Shown: piece by piece, positions 39,439 through 49,113 of the stretch
Layout of the letters: each line of letters opens with the position of its first letter
How positions within the stretch are numbered: position 1 is the stretch's first letter
From: Angustibacter luteus
GTDB lineage: Bacteria; Actinomycetota; Actinomycetes; Actinomycetales; Angustibacteraceae
NCBI RefSeq assembly: GCF_039541115.1
Contig: NZ_BAABFP010000005.1
Coordinates: 868,001-932,000 of the forward strand
Direction of reading: 5' to 3'
Length of the DNA: 64,000 nt
Notes under the pieces: generated by a model
What the model saw: only the letters and a program-made list of their open reading frames with translations
Databases searched by the model: none
What the model was told of the DNA's origin: nothing
Translations under genes and position numbers: made by a program

Positions 39439-40808
39439 TGGTCGGCCAGGCGGCCCAGGTAGCGGCGCCAGTCCTGGACGAACGCCGACTCGCTGACCCC
39501 GAGCGCCTTCGGGAAGGCCGCGGACAGCTGTTCCTGCGGATCCGAGTCGGGCGACCTCGACCCGGCCGCCCTGCGGTAGAGGTCGACCAGCTCGTCCTGG
39601 CCGTACTCGTCAGCGATCCGCAGGCAGGCCAGCCACGACGCCGAGTACGACGGCGCGATGGTCGTGCGGGTGGGATCGAAGTCGTCTGCGGTGGGCAGTG
39701 CCGTCGGCCCGTGGCCGCTGCGGACGAGCACGAGCACGTCGCCGGCGGCGCCTCTCGCCGTGACGCCCGTGCCGCGGTAGCCGACGTAGTCGGCGAACCC
39801 CTCGGCCAACCAGGTCGGGACCGAGGCCGATGTGGTCTGACGCACGGCCACGTGCGTCATCTCGTGCGTGAGCACCACGCGCTGCCCGGTGCTGCTGAGC
39901 CGTGCGAAGGCGCCGGGGTTGAGCACGACCCGGTCGTTGCCCGCCCGGCCATCGGCGGCGTCCGGTGCCGACGAGCCGGGGCTGCCGAGTGCGCCTGTCG
40001 TCACGGCGGCCACCTGGCTCAGTCCCTTGGACTCACGCAGCAGGAGCTTGCCGAACTCGGCCTGCGTCCGCGGCACCACCAGCACCGCCCGCCGCGACCA
40101 GTCCCGGCCCCACACCTCGCTGACCCGGCCGACGGCGCGGTCCCCCGCGGCCGCGTACGACCGCAACGTGCTCGGCGAGGCGGTGCCCAGGACGAGGACC
40201 CGGTCGCCACGGGCCACGTGCACGGGTCCCAGGTCCCAGGGCTGCGGGGCGGTCCCGCCGTCAGTGTCCGCCGCGACGTACCAGTGCCCGTCCCGCTGGA
40301 CCATGGTGAGGTACTGCTCGGCCGTCGAGGTCGTCGTGTCGAAGCCGCGAAGGCGGTAGCCAGCCTCGACTCGGGCCACCCACGGATGACCGCCCAGGCG
40401 GGTCGCGCGTTGCGCGGACAGCTCCGGAGCGCGGTTGAGGTACTGGTACGTCCACGACGCCAGCGGGACGGCAGACAGGTTGTCGAACACGGCGGCCTGT
40501 CGCGCCCGGAACGCCGCCGCCTCGGGGTCGACGGTGGACAGCCAGCGGGCTCGGTCGCGATGGGTCAGCGCACCGACGCGCGTATCGAGCAACCCGCGCA
40601 GCGCGTCGACCTGCTGCTGGTCCTCGTCAGCGGTCGGACTGCTCGTGGCGGTTGCGGCCGGAGCGGGTCGGGCGGAGCCACCACGGGGCCACCACGCCGT
40701 CCCGAAGCCGATGACCAGGCCGACGACGACAACCGCTGCCACCAGGGCTGCCAGCAGCGACACCACGGGCGCGCCGCGCCGGGTGGGCCACCCTCGCGGC
40801 TCGCTCAC
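39435..40808 (-). CDS. Rv2189c-like membrane-anchored protein with zincin HEXXH domain
   Basis: N-terminal TM, PWDLGPV, LTHEMTHVA, WLAEGFADYV; start placed 6 nt after a TACGAT -10 box. Confidence 0.75.
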   Translation of the reverse strand: MSEPRGWPTRRGAPVVSLLAALVAAVVVVGLVIGFGTAWWPRGGSARPAPAATATSSPTADEDQQQVDALRGLLDTRVGALTHRDRARWLSTVDPEAAAFRARQAAVFDNLSAVPLASWTYQYLNRAPELSAQRATRLGGHPWVARVEAGYRLRGFDTTTSTAEQYLTMVQRDGHWYVAADTDGGTAPQPWDLGPVHVARGDRVLVLGTASPSTLRSYAAAGDRAVGRVSEVWGRDWSRRAVLVVPRTQAEFGKLLLRESKGLSQVAAVTTGALGSPGSSAPDAADGRAGNDRVVLNPGAFARLSSTGQRVVLTHEMTHVAVRQTTSASVPTWLAEGFADYVGYRGTGVTARGAAGDVLVLVRSGHGPTALPTADDFDPTRTTIAPSYSASWLACLRIADEYGQDELVDLYRRAAGSRSPDSDPQEQLSAAFPKALGVSESAFVQDWRRYLGRLADQ

Positions 40809-40881
40809 TCCGACATCGTAGGCAACCGGACCGATCCCCCCGGCCGCTTCGGCGAACGTCGTCGCGCCCCGACCAGACACC

Positions 40882-41064
40882 TCATCCGGTGGCGCGCCTC
40901 AGTCGCAGCGGGGGAACGAGACCGGTCTCGGACAGGACCCCAATGGCCACCTGCTCGGCGGCGTCGAGCTCGACCCCCTCGGGCGCGGCACCCAGCAGGA
41001 AGGTGACCACGCAGTCACCGCAAGCCAGACCCTTGACCTCACAGCTGTCGCAGTCGATGTGCAT
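40882..41064 (-). CDS. Small conserved four-cysteine protein
   Basis: MHIDCDSC...ACGDCVVTFLLG...GLVPPLRL; GAGGAGG RBS. Confidence 0.8.
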   Translation of the reverse strand: MHIDCDSCEVKGLACGDCVVTFLLGAAPEGVELDAAEQVAIGVLSETGLVPPLRLRRATG

Positions 41065-41118
41065 CTCGGTCGCCTCCTCACGCGGGGGGCCGACGACCTG
41101 CCGACCTCGCTGCAGACG

Positions 41119-41140
41119 ACGCTAGGGGCAGGGTCTGACA
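41119..41140 (-). promoter_or_regulatory. PafBC/RecA-NDp-type DNA-damage promoter
   Basis: Minus strand TGTCAG-N10-TAGCGT. Confidence 0.7.
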
Positions 41141-41180
41141 ACCGGCCGTGCACGCCTGGCCCGAGGAGTCTGATTCCCCC

Positions 41181-42512
41181 TCAGCCGCGGGTGAGCAGCT
41201 TGACCAGGGCCGCGCTGGGCACGGGTCTCGCTCCCGAGCGGCGCACCCCGTCGGCGACCTCCCGGTCGCTGGAGACCACCACCACGACCCGGCCGGTCGG
41301 CTCGGCGCGGACCAGCCTTCGGATCAGCTCGTCCGCCGTCTGTCCGGGGTCGCTGAAGCGGACGCGCACGCCCCGGGCCGCGGGCGCGCTGACCCGTCCC
41401 TCGACGACGGCGCCGTCGAAGCAGCAGGTCACCTCCGCGCCGGTACGAGCCGCCAGGGCCGACAGGCCGCTCACCAGCCGGCTCCGCTGGTCGACCAGCG
41501 GCAGCTCGCCGTACGCGCTCTTGGTCACGTTGTAGCCATCCACCACGAGGTGCGCGCGGGGCATCAGCAGCAGCTCGGTCAACCGGGTCGGGTCGTCCTC
41601 CTCGCGGGCCCGTGATGCGGTCACCGGTGCGCCGGCCGACGGGTCGTGCGCACCCACCAGGTCGGCCGGCAGCACGTCCGCCGGCGGCAGCCCGAGCTCG
41701 CGACGCAGACCGACGGCGGCGTCCACCACCGTGTCCAGCAGCAACCGCGCGCGTGACCCGGCCAGCGAGCGTCCCTCGCGGTCGGCCCGCCGCAGAGCCT
41801 CCAGCGCGTCCTGGGCGCGGGCGAGGTCGCCCTGCGCCCTGGCCGCCTGGGCCTGCGACTCCCGGACCCGCTCGTCCGCTGCCGCGGCCCGCTCCTGCGC
41901 GGCCTGCTCGGCCGCCTTGCCCTGCGCCCGGGCCCGATCGGCGTCCGATCGGTGCCGACGCAGCTCGCGGCGCACCTCCGCCAGCTCCTCGTCCAGCGCC
42001 CGGACCCGCTGCTCGGACTCTGACTGCTGGGTGTCCAGCTGCGCCCGCGCGGCCGCCAGCTCCGTCCGCAGCCGGGTCAGCTCTCGCGCGTCCTGGGCCA
42101 CGGCGCCAGCCTCGGCGCGCTGTCGTACCTGCTGCAGGGCGGCCTCGAGGGTGGCCTGCCAGCCGTCCGGCCGGAGCAGGTACGCGGTGACGGCGACGTC
42201 CACCGGGTCGGCGGCGGCGGGCACCTCGCCCGCCGCGAGGGCGGCCGACAGCTCCGGGGCGGACTGCCGGACGACGGATGCGGCCTCAGCGCGGAAACCG
42301 GCGTCCCGCTCGAGCGCGGCCGCCAGCGGCGTCGCGCCGGAACCGGCCCGACGGGCCGGCGCGAACCCCCGCACCCGCGCCAGACCGGCGGGTACGAGCT
42401 CGGGCGCGAGCTCGCCCAGGGCAGTCGCCGCGGCGTCCAGCACCCGGCGCCGCACGACGTCCGGCAGGACCGGCGCGGCGGCGAGCGGTTCGGACGCGGT
42501 CTCTCTGGACAC
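41181..42512 (-). CDS. Coiled-coil protein with C-terminal NYN (YacP/Rae1-like PIN) RNase domain
   Basis: LVVDGYNV, FDG, TADELI, VVSSDREV acidic motifs after a long coiled coil. Confidence 0.88.
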   Translation of the reverse strand: MSRETASEPLAAAPVLPDVVRRRVLDAAATALGELAPELVPAGLARVRGFAPARRAGSGATPLAAALERDAGFRAEAASVVRQSAPELSAALAAGEVPAAADPVDVAVTAYLLRPDGWQATLEAALQQVRQRAEAGAVAQDARELTRLRTELAAARAQLDTQQSESEQRVRALDEELAEVRRELRRHRSDADRARAQGKAAEQAAQERAAAADERVRESQAQAARAQGDLARAQDALEALRRADREGRSLAGSRARLLLDTVVDAAVGLRRELGLPPADVLPADLVGAHDPSAGAPVTASRAREEDDPTRLTELLLMPRAHLVVDGYNVTKSAYGELPLVDQRSRLVSGLSALAARTGAEVTCCFDGAVVEGRVSAPAARGVRVRFSDPGQTADELIRRLVRAEPTGRVVVVVSSDREVADGVRRSGARPVPSAALVKLLTRG

Positions 42513-42546
42513 CGTCGCAGCCTAGGTCAGCGAGCCTCACCGCCGC

Positions 42547-42568
42547 TGTCGGCGCCCGGATCTACCCT
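42547..42568 (+). promoter_or_regulatory. PafBC/RecA-NDp-type DNA-damage promoter
   Basis: TGTCGG-N10-TACCCT, 7 nt before the ATG of the DEDD/GIY-YIG gene. Confidence 0.78.
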
Positions 42569-42575
42569 CCGGAAC

Positions 42576-44333
42576 ATGAGGCTGATCCAGGGCACGCTCG
42601 ACGAGCTGGGCACACCGCTGTCCGACGTCGAGTTCGTCGTGGTCGACCTCGAGACGACCGGCGGTGCGCCGGGGACGTCGGGCATCACAGAGGTCGGCGC
42701 CGTGCGGGTGCGCGGTGGCGAGGTCCTCGGCGAGTTCCAGACGCTGGTCCACCCCGGGGTGCCGATCCCGCCGTTCATCGCCCTGCTCACCGGCATCACC
42801 GACGCGATGGTCCGCGAGGCACCGGGTATCGGCTCGGTGCTCCCGGCGTTCCTGGAGTTCGCCCGCGGCAGCGTGCTGGTCGCGCACAACGCCCCGTTCG
42901 ACGTCTCGTTCCTGAAGGCCGCTGCGCGCCAGTGCGGCCAGCCGTGGCCAGGCTTCGCGGTCGTCGACACCGTGCACCTGGCCCGCCAGGTGGTCACCAA
43001 CGACGAGGTGCCGAACCGCAAGCTGAGCAGCCTCGCCCGGCTGTTCGGCTCCCCCACCACGCCCGACCACCGCGCCCTCACCGACGCGCGCGCGACCGTG
43101 CACGTCCTGCACGGTCTGCTCGAGCGGGTGGGCTCCCTCGGGGTGCGCTCGCTCGAGGAGCTCAGCACCTTCAGCTCGCGCGTGTCCCCCGCGCAGCGTC
43201 GCAAGCGGCACCTCGCGGAGCCGCTGCCCAACGCCCCCGGCGTCTACGTGTTCCGCGACGGCCGCGACCACGTCCTGTACGTCGGGACGTCGCGTGACAT
43301 CCGGACCCGGGTGCGCAGCTACTTCACCGCGTCCGAGACCCGCACCCGGATGGCCGAGATGGTCGGCATCGCCGAGCGGGTCGACCCGATCGTGTGCGCG
43401 ACGCCGCTCGAGGCCGAGGTGCGCGAGCTGCGGCTCATCGCCGAGCACAAGCCGCGGTACAACCGGCGTTCGCGGTTCCCCGAGCGCCAGCCCTGGGTGA
43501 AGCTCACGGTGGAGCCGTTCCCCCGGCTGTCCATCGTCTCCGAGGTCCGGGCCGACGACGCGACGTACCTGGGGCCGTTCAGCGGCCGCCGGGCCGCGGA
43601 GCAGGCCGTCGACGCGCTGCACGAGGTCTTCGCCCTGCGTCAGTGCTCCCGGCGGATGGGGCGGCGGGGCGGCGGGGGCGCGTGCGCACTGGCCGAGATG
43701 GGACGCTGCGCCGCGCCCTGCACCCGCGCGGCTGACGAGTACGACCACGAGCAGGCGGTGGTCGACTACGCCGCGATCGTCGCGCAGGCACGGGCCGCGA
43801 TGACCGGGGACTGCCGCGGGCTGGTCCGCGACCTGAGAGCCCGGATCGGCTCGCTCAGCGACGACCAGCGGTTCGAGCAGGCCGCGGTCGTCCGGGACCG
43901 CCTGGTCGCGGTGGTCCGGGCGGCGGCCCGGGTGCAGCGGATCGGCAGCCTGGCCTCGTGCGCCGAGATCGTCGCCGCCCGCCGCCCAACGCAGGGTGGG
44001 TGGGAGATCGTCCTCGTGCGGTACGGACGCCTGGCGGGCACCACGGTGAGCCCGCGCGGCAGTGACCCGTGGCCCTACGTGGACGCCCTGCGCGCCACCG
44101 GTGAGGTCGTCGAGAGCCCGGTGCTGCCCTCCCCCGCGGCGACGCCCGAGGAGGCCGAGAAGGTGCTGCGCTGGCTCGAGGCGGACGGCACCCGGCTGGT
44201 CGACGTCCAGGGCTCCTGGTCGTGCCCGCTGCACGGAGCAGGCTACGAGCGGGCGCAGCTCGACCCGGTGTCCGCGGCGCTGCGCACCGGTGTCGCCGGC
44301 TTCGGCGACCGGCTCGCCGGGGTGGCCGGCTGA
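42576..44333 (+). CDS. DEDDh exonuclease fused to a UvrC-like GIY-YIG domain (Rv2191-like)
   Basis: VVDLETTG, AHNAPFD, HRALTDA; PGVYVF, LYVG, RVRSYF, PRYN, CAAPC, FEQAAVVRD. Confidence 0.92.
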   Translation: MRLIQGTLDELGTPLSDVEFVVVDLETTGGAPGTSGITEVGAVRVRGGEVLGEFQTLVHPGVPIPPFIALLTGITDAMVREAPGIGSVLPAFLEFARGSVLVAHNAPFDVSFLKAAARQCGQPWPGFAVVDTVHLARQVVTNDEVPNRKLSSLARLFGSPTTPDHRALTDARATVHVLHGLLERVGSLGVRSLEELSTFSSRVSPAQRRKRHLAEPLPNAPGVYVFRDGRDHVLYVGTSRDIRTRVRSYFTASETRTRMAEMVGIAERVDPIVCATPLEAEVRELRLIAEHKPRYNRRSRFPERQPWVKLTVEPFPRLSIVSEVRADDATYLGPFSGRRAAEQAVDALHEVFALRQCSRRMGRRGGGGACALAEMGRCAAPCTRAADEYDHEQAVVDYAAIVAQARAAMTGDCRGLVRDLRARIGSLSDDQRFEQAAVVRDRLVAVVRAAARVQRIGSLASCAEIVAARRPTQGGWEIVLVRYGRLAGTTVSPRGSDPWPYVDALRATGEVVESPVLPSPAATPEEAEKVLRWLEADGTRLVDVQGSWSCPLHGAGYERAQLDPVSAALRTGVAGFGDRLAGVAG

Positions 44334-44415
44334 CGGCTGCGCCGACCCCGGCCGAGACCTGCGATCCGGGCCAGTACGCTCGGCACGAACCCCCCGACGT
44401 CCAGGGAGACCACCC

Positions 44416-44700
44416 GTGATCACAGCGATCGTGCTCATCCAGGCCGAGGTGGACCGCATCCCCGAGGTCGCCGCCGCCATCGCCGCCCTCGACGGGGTCA
44501 GCGAGGTGTACTCCGTGACCGGCGACATCGACCTCATCGCCCTGGTCCGGGTGCGCGAGCACGACGCCCTCGCCGACGTGATCGCCGACCGCCTCAACAA
44601 GGTGCAAGGCGTGCTGAACACGCAGACCCACATCTCGTTCCGGGCCTACTCCAAGCACGACCTGGAGGCGGCCTTCGCCCTGGGCTTCGACGAGGGCTGA
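44416..44700 (+). CDS. Lrp/AsnC ligand-binding domain protein (no HTH)
   Basis: ITAIVLI, EVYSVTG..DLIA, DLEAAF. Confidence 0.87.
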   Translation: MITAIVLIQAEVDRIPEVAAAIAALDGVSEVYSVTGDIDLIALVRVREHDALADVIADRLNKVQGVLNTQTHISFRAYSKHDLEAAFALGFDEG

Positions 44701-44706
44701 CCGCGG

Positions 44707-45795
44707 TCAGAACGCCGCGGTGGCAGCGACCCAGCGGTCGAGCACCTGAGCGGTCGCACCGGTGTCGACGGACTCCGCCGTCCGGACCAGGGCCTCGCCC
44801 ATCCGCTCGGTGAGGCTGCCGGAAGACCGCTCGGTGGGCCGGGCGTCGTCCGCGGCATCGGCCGCGACCAGCGCCGAGGCCGCGTTGAGCAGCACCGCGT
44901 CCCGCACCGGACCGGGCTCCCCAGCGAGCAGCCGGCGCACCACGTCGGCGTTGAAGGCCGCGTCGCCGCCGCGCAGCTGCTCGATGGACGCCCGCGGCAC
45001 GCCGAGGTCCGCCGGGTCGAGCGACTGCTCGACGACGTCCCCATCCCGCACCTCCCAGACCGACGACGGGCCCGACGTGGTCAGCTCGTCCAGCCCGTCG
45101 TCGCCCCGGAACACCAGGGCGCTGACCCCGCGGCCGGCCAGCACCCCGGCCACGATCGGAGCCATCCGCCGGTCGGCCACGCCGACGGCAGCGGCCCGCG
45201 GCTGGGCCGGGTTGGTCAGGGGCCCGAGGAAGTTGAACGCGGTCGGGACGCCGAGCCCGGCCCGGGCCGGGGCGGCGTGTCGGAACGAGGGGTGGAAGAC
45301 CTGGGCGAAGCAGAAGGTGATCCCGGCCTGCTGGGCCACCTGGGCCACCTGGTCCGGCGACAGGTCCAGCCGGACGCCGAGGGCTTCCAGCACGTCGGCC
45401 GACCCGCAGGCGCTGGACGCCGCGCGGTTCCCGTGCTTGACGACGCGCGGGCCCGCGCCGGCCACCACGAGGGCCGCCATGGTCGAGATGTTCACCGTGT
45501 GGGCCCGGTCGCCGCCGGTGCCGACGATGTCCACGCACGGGCCGGGCACCTCGATCCGGACCGCGTGGTCCAGCATCGCCGCGACCAGGCCGGTCATCTC
45601 GTCGACGCTCTCGCCCTTGGCGCGCAGCGCCACCAGGAACCCCGCGACCTGCACGGGCGCCGCCTCGCCGGACATGATCCGGTCCATGGCCCAGGCCGTC
45701 TGCCCGGCGCTCAGGTCACCGCGCCCGATGAGCCGGTGCAGCAGCTCGGGCCAGGTGGGCTCGGCGACGGGCCGATCCGCGCCCTGCTCGGGCAC
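44707..45795 (-). CDS. trpD: Anthranilate phosphoribosyltransferase
   Basis: [43 protein letters not shown]. Confidence 0.96.
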   Translation of the reverse strand: MPEQGADRPVAEPTWPELLHRLIGRGDLSAGQTAWAMDRIMSGEAAPVQVAGFLVALRAKGESVDEMTGLVAAMLDHAVRIEVPGPCVDIVGTGGDRAHTVNISTMAALVVAGAGPRVVKHGNRAASSACGSADVLEALGVRLDLSPDQVAQVAQQAGITFCFAQVFHPSFRHAAPARAGLGVPTAFNFLGPLTNPAQPRAAAVGVADRRMAPIVAGVLAGRGVSALVFRGDDGLDELTTSGPSSVWEVRDGDVVEQSLDPADLGVPRASIEQLRGGDAAFNADVVRRLLAGEPGPVRDAVLLNAASALVAADAADDARPTERSSGSLTERMGEALVRTAESVDTGATAQVLDRWVAATAAF

Positions 45796-45798
45796 CGC

Positions 45799-46224
45799 TC
45801 AGGCCTGCAGGCTGCGAGCGAGCTCGGCGACCGCCTCGGCGACGCCGGCCGGGTCGAGCGGGTGGGACACCGCGTTGTCGGCGAGCGACCATGCGGCCAG
45901 CCACGAGTCCTGCGGCCGACCGGTGAGCACCAGGATCGGCGGGCACCGGAAGATCTCGCTCTTGAGCTGGCGGCACAGGCCCATCCCGCCGAGCGGGCTG
46001 GCCTCGCCGTCCAGGATCACCAGGTCGGCGCGGCCGGCGTCCAGCGCCTCGACCACAGCGGCCGGCGTGGCGCACTCGAGCCACTCCACCCGCGGCACGT
46101 CGGCGGCCGGACGACGTCCGACGGCCATCCGGACCTGGGTGCGGGTGTCGACGTTGTCGCTGTAGACCAGCACGGTCAGCGTCCGGGTGTCCTGCTCCGC
46201 GCTGGTCGCCTGCGTCGCGCTCAT
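45799..46224 (-). CDS. Stand-alone atypical response-regulator receiver protein
   Basis: VLVYSD, ILDGEA.P.GGMG, VLTGR; HP in place of KP; conserved beside ctaE. Confidence 0.8.
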   Translation of the reverse strand: MSATQATSAEQDTRTLTVLVYSDNVDTRTQVRMAVGRRPAADVPRVEWLECATPAAVVEALDAGRADLVILDGEASPLGGMGLCRQLKSEIFRCPPILVLTGRPQDSWLAAWSLADNAVSHPLDPAGVAEAVAELARSLQA

Positions 46225-46404
46225 GCGTGTCGTCCTCTTGGGCCGTGGGCTGTCTGGGGTGGGATCTGGCGTGCTCGCGATGGTAGCGCTCCCGGCCTGA
46301 GGCGAACCGAGCGCACCCGACGTCCGCACTGATTTCGCGCCACCTTCGCCCGGGCCGGGGGGTCGCTTCCCCCTTCCGTGGCTGATGGGGCAATAATGAC
46401 GCCC

Positions 46405-47043
46405 GTGGCGACCGCATCCGCAGTTCAGGCTCCCTCAGCCCACGCGTCGGTGAGCCGGCCGAACATGGCGTCGGTGGGCACCATCGTGTGGCTGTCCAGC
46501 GAGCTGATGTTCTTCGCCGGCCTGTTCGCGATGTACTTCACGATCCGCTCCGTCGTTCCGGCCCTGTGGACCGAGAACACCGACAAGCTGAACGTGCCGT
46601 ACGCAGCGGCGAACACGCTGATCCTGGTGATCAGCTCGGTCTGGTGCCAGTTCGGCGTCTGGAAGGCCGAGCAGTTCCAGCCCGCGCGCACCGGCTCGCT
46701 GCTGCAGGTCCGGCTGTGGGGCATGCGCGAGTGGTACGCGCTGACGTACGTCTTCGGGGCCATCTTCGTGTCCGGGCAGGTGCTGGAGTACGCGCACTTG
46801 GTCAGTGACGGCGTCAAGATCAACTCCGACGCCTACGGCTCGGTGTTCTACCTGACGACCGGCTTCCACGCCCTGCACGTCACCGGCGGCCTGATCGCGT
46901 TCCTGCTGATCATCGGCCGCACGTTCCTGACCCGCCGGTTCGGCCACGCAGAGGCCACCGGCGCGATCGTCACGTCGTACTACTGGCACTTCGTCGATGT
47001 GGTCTGGATCGCCCTGTTCGCAACCATCTACCTGCTGAAGTGA
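46405..47043 (+). CDS. ctaE: Cytochrome c oxidase subunit III
   Basis: [32 protein letters not shown]. Confidence 0.95.
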   Translation: MATASAVQAPSAHASVSRPNMASVGTIVWLSSELMFFAGLFAMYFTIRSVVPALWTENTDKLNVPYAAANTLILVISSVWCQFGVWKAEQFQPARTGSLLQVRLWGMREWYALTYVFGAIFVSGQVLEYAHLVSDGVKINSDAYGSVFYLTTGFHALHVTGGLIAFLLIIGRTFLTRRFGHAEATGAIVTSYYWHFVDVVWIALFATIYLLK

Positions 47044-47176
47044 CCGGTACGGTGACCAGGGAGGCAGGCTGTCGACGGATCGCGTCGCCGCCTGCGCAAC
47101 GTCCCCTCGCTCGCCGTACGCTCGCTGGACAGCCCGAGCCCCGCGCTCGTGCTCGGCACGAAACGAGGATCCGCAC

Positions 47177-47980
47177 GTGACCGCACTCGCCGCCCGTCGG
47201 CGCCACCCCATGGCCCTGGTGCTGCTGATCGCCCTGGCCCTGCTGGCGACCGGAGCCGCCTACGCCGCGCTGGCCCCCAAGCCCGCGCAGGCGTCGACGG
47301 CGTCCTCGGACGACATCGCGGAGGGCAAGAAGCTCTTCCTCGCCAACTGCGCGACGTGCCACGGGCTGAACGCCCAGGGCGGTCCGGTCAACCTGGACGA
47401 CGAGACCACGGCGCCGAGCCTGATCGGGGTCGGTGCGGCGTCGGTGGACTTCCAGGTCGGCACCGGCCGCATGCCGATGGCCCAGCCCGGCCCGCAGGCA
47501 CCGGAGAAGCGGGTCCAGTTCAACCAGGAGCAGATCGGTCAGCTGGCGGCGTACGTCGCCTCACTGGCTCCCGGCCCGGCGATCCCAGGTGCGGAGTACA
47601 CGAGCGGTGAGGGCGGGGACGCGGCCCGAGGCGGCGCGATCTTCCGGGTCAACTGCGCGATGTGCCACAACTTCGCCGGCGCCGGCGGGGCACTGACCCG
47701 AGGCAAGTACGCGCCCAGCATCCGCGGCGTCAGCGGCACCCACATCTACGAGGCCATGGTCACCGGCCCGCAGTCGATGCCGGTGTTCAACGACCAGAAC
47801 ATCACGCCGGAGCGCAAGCGCGACGTGATCGCGTTCCTGAACACGATCCAGGAGGAGCCCAACGCGAGCGGCTCCTCGCTCGGCAACCTCGGCCCGGTGC
47901 CGGAGGGGCTCTTCGTCTGGATCGTCGGCATCGGCGCCCTGATCGGCTGCGCCGTCTGGCTCGGCTCCAAGGCGGCGTGA
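47177..47980 (+). CDS. qcrC: Cytochrome bc1 diheme cytochrome c subunit
   Basis: Two CXXCH motifs (CATCH, CAMCH), GRMP, GPVPEG. Confidence 0.95.
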   Translation: MTALAARRRHPMALVLLIALALLATGAAYAALAPKPAQASTASSDDIAEGKKLFLANCATCHGLNAQGGPVNLDDETTAPSLIGVGAASVDFQVGTGRMPMAQPGPQAPEKRVQFNQEQIGQLAAYVASLAPGPAIPGAEYTSGEGGDAARGGAIFRVNCAMCHNFAGAGGALTRGKYAPSIRGVSGTHIYEAMVTGPQSMPVFNDQNITPERKRDVIAFLNTIQEEPNASGSSLGNLGPVPEGLFVWIVGIGALIGCAVWLGSKAA

Positions 47981-49113
47981 TGGCTGACGACAGCACCACT
48001 GACGGCGTCGACGCAGGACGGACGGACATGAGCGACAACGCCCCGGCGCGGACCGAGGACGTCCCCGCACCCGAGCACGCGGTGACGCTGGCGGGCACCA
48101 CGGCCGCCCCGACGCTGTTCGAGAACCCGGGCATGCCCGTCCACGTGCACCGGATGGCGGACTCGGACCCGCGCGCGGCCAAGCGCGCCGAGCGCCAGGT
48201 CGCCACCATGTTCGTGCTGTCGATGGTCGGCACCCTGGTGTTCCTGGTGTCCTACTTCGCGGTCGACCTCGACGACGTCGTGCACATCCCGTTCATCGGC
48301 GACACGTTGCTGCAGAACCTGTTGCTGGGCTGCGGCCTCGGCTTCGGGATGCTCTTCATCGGCCTCGGCGCGGTGCACTGGGCCAAGACGCTCATGCCAG
48401 ATGAAGAGGTCGTCGAGGAGCGCCACGACCTGCGCAGCAGCGACGAGACCCGGGCGGACGCGGTCGCCGTGCTGGCCGAGGGCGGCGAGACCTCCGGCAT
48501 CGGCCGCCGACCGCTGATCAAGCTGACCCTGGGCGGCGCGCTCGGACTGTTCGGCCTCCCGTTCATCGTCGGTCTGCGCGACCTCGGCCCGATGCCGGGC
48601 GACTGGCTCTCGACCACGTTCTGGGAGACCGGCATGCGCCTGGTCAGCGACCCGGAGCTCGCGCCGATCAAGGCGTCCGACGTGACGATCGGCTCCGTCT
48701 TCCACGTGATGCCCGAGGGCATCGACCAGACGGACGACGTGCTCGAGCAGCAGGCGAAGGCCGCCGTGATCCTGATCCGGCTCGACCCCACGGACATCAA
48801 GAACTCCAAGGAGCTCGACTGGGGCTACGAGGGCATCGTGGCCTACTCCAAGATCTGCACCCACGTGGGCTGCCCCGTGGGTCTGTACGAGCAGCAGACG
48901 CACCACCTGCTGTGCCCCTGCCACCAGTCCACGTTCGACGTCACCGACGACTGCAAGGTCATCTTCGGCCCGGCCCACCGCCGGCTCCCGCAGCTGGCCA
49001 TCAGCGTGGACGACGAGGGCTACCTGGTGGCCCGGCAGCCGTTCCAGGAGGCTGTCGGACCGAGCTTCCCCGAGCGTGGTCAGCGCCATCCTGTGAAGGG
49101 CCAGTCATCATGA
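47980..49113 (+). CDS. qcrA: Cytochrome bc1 Rieske iron-sulfur subunit
   Basis: CTHVGC and CPCHQS boxes after three TM helices. Confidence 0.95.
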   Translation: MADDSTTDGVDAGRTDMSDNAPARTEDVPAPEHAVTLAGTTAAPTLFENPGMPVHVHRMADSDPRAAKRAERQVATMFVLSMVGTLVFLVSYFAVDLDDVVHIPFIGDTLLQNLLLGCGLGFGMLFIGLGAVHWAKTLMPDEEVVEERHDLRSSDETRADAVAVLAEGGETSGIGRRPLIKLTLGGALGLFGLPFIVGLRDLGPMPGDWLSTTFWETGMRLVSDPELAPIKASDVTIGSVFHVMPEGIDQTDDVLEQQAKAAVILIRLDPTDIKNSKELDWGYEGIVAYSKICTHVGCPVGLYEQQTHHLLCPCHQSTFDVTDDCKVIFGPAHRRLPQLAISVDDEGYLVARQPFQEAVGPSFPERGQRHPVKGQSS

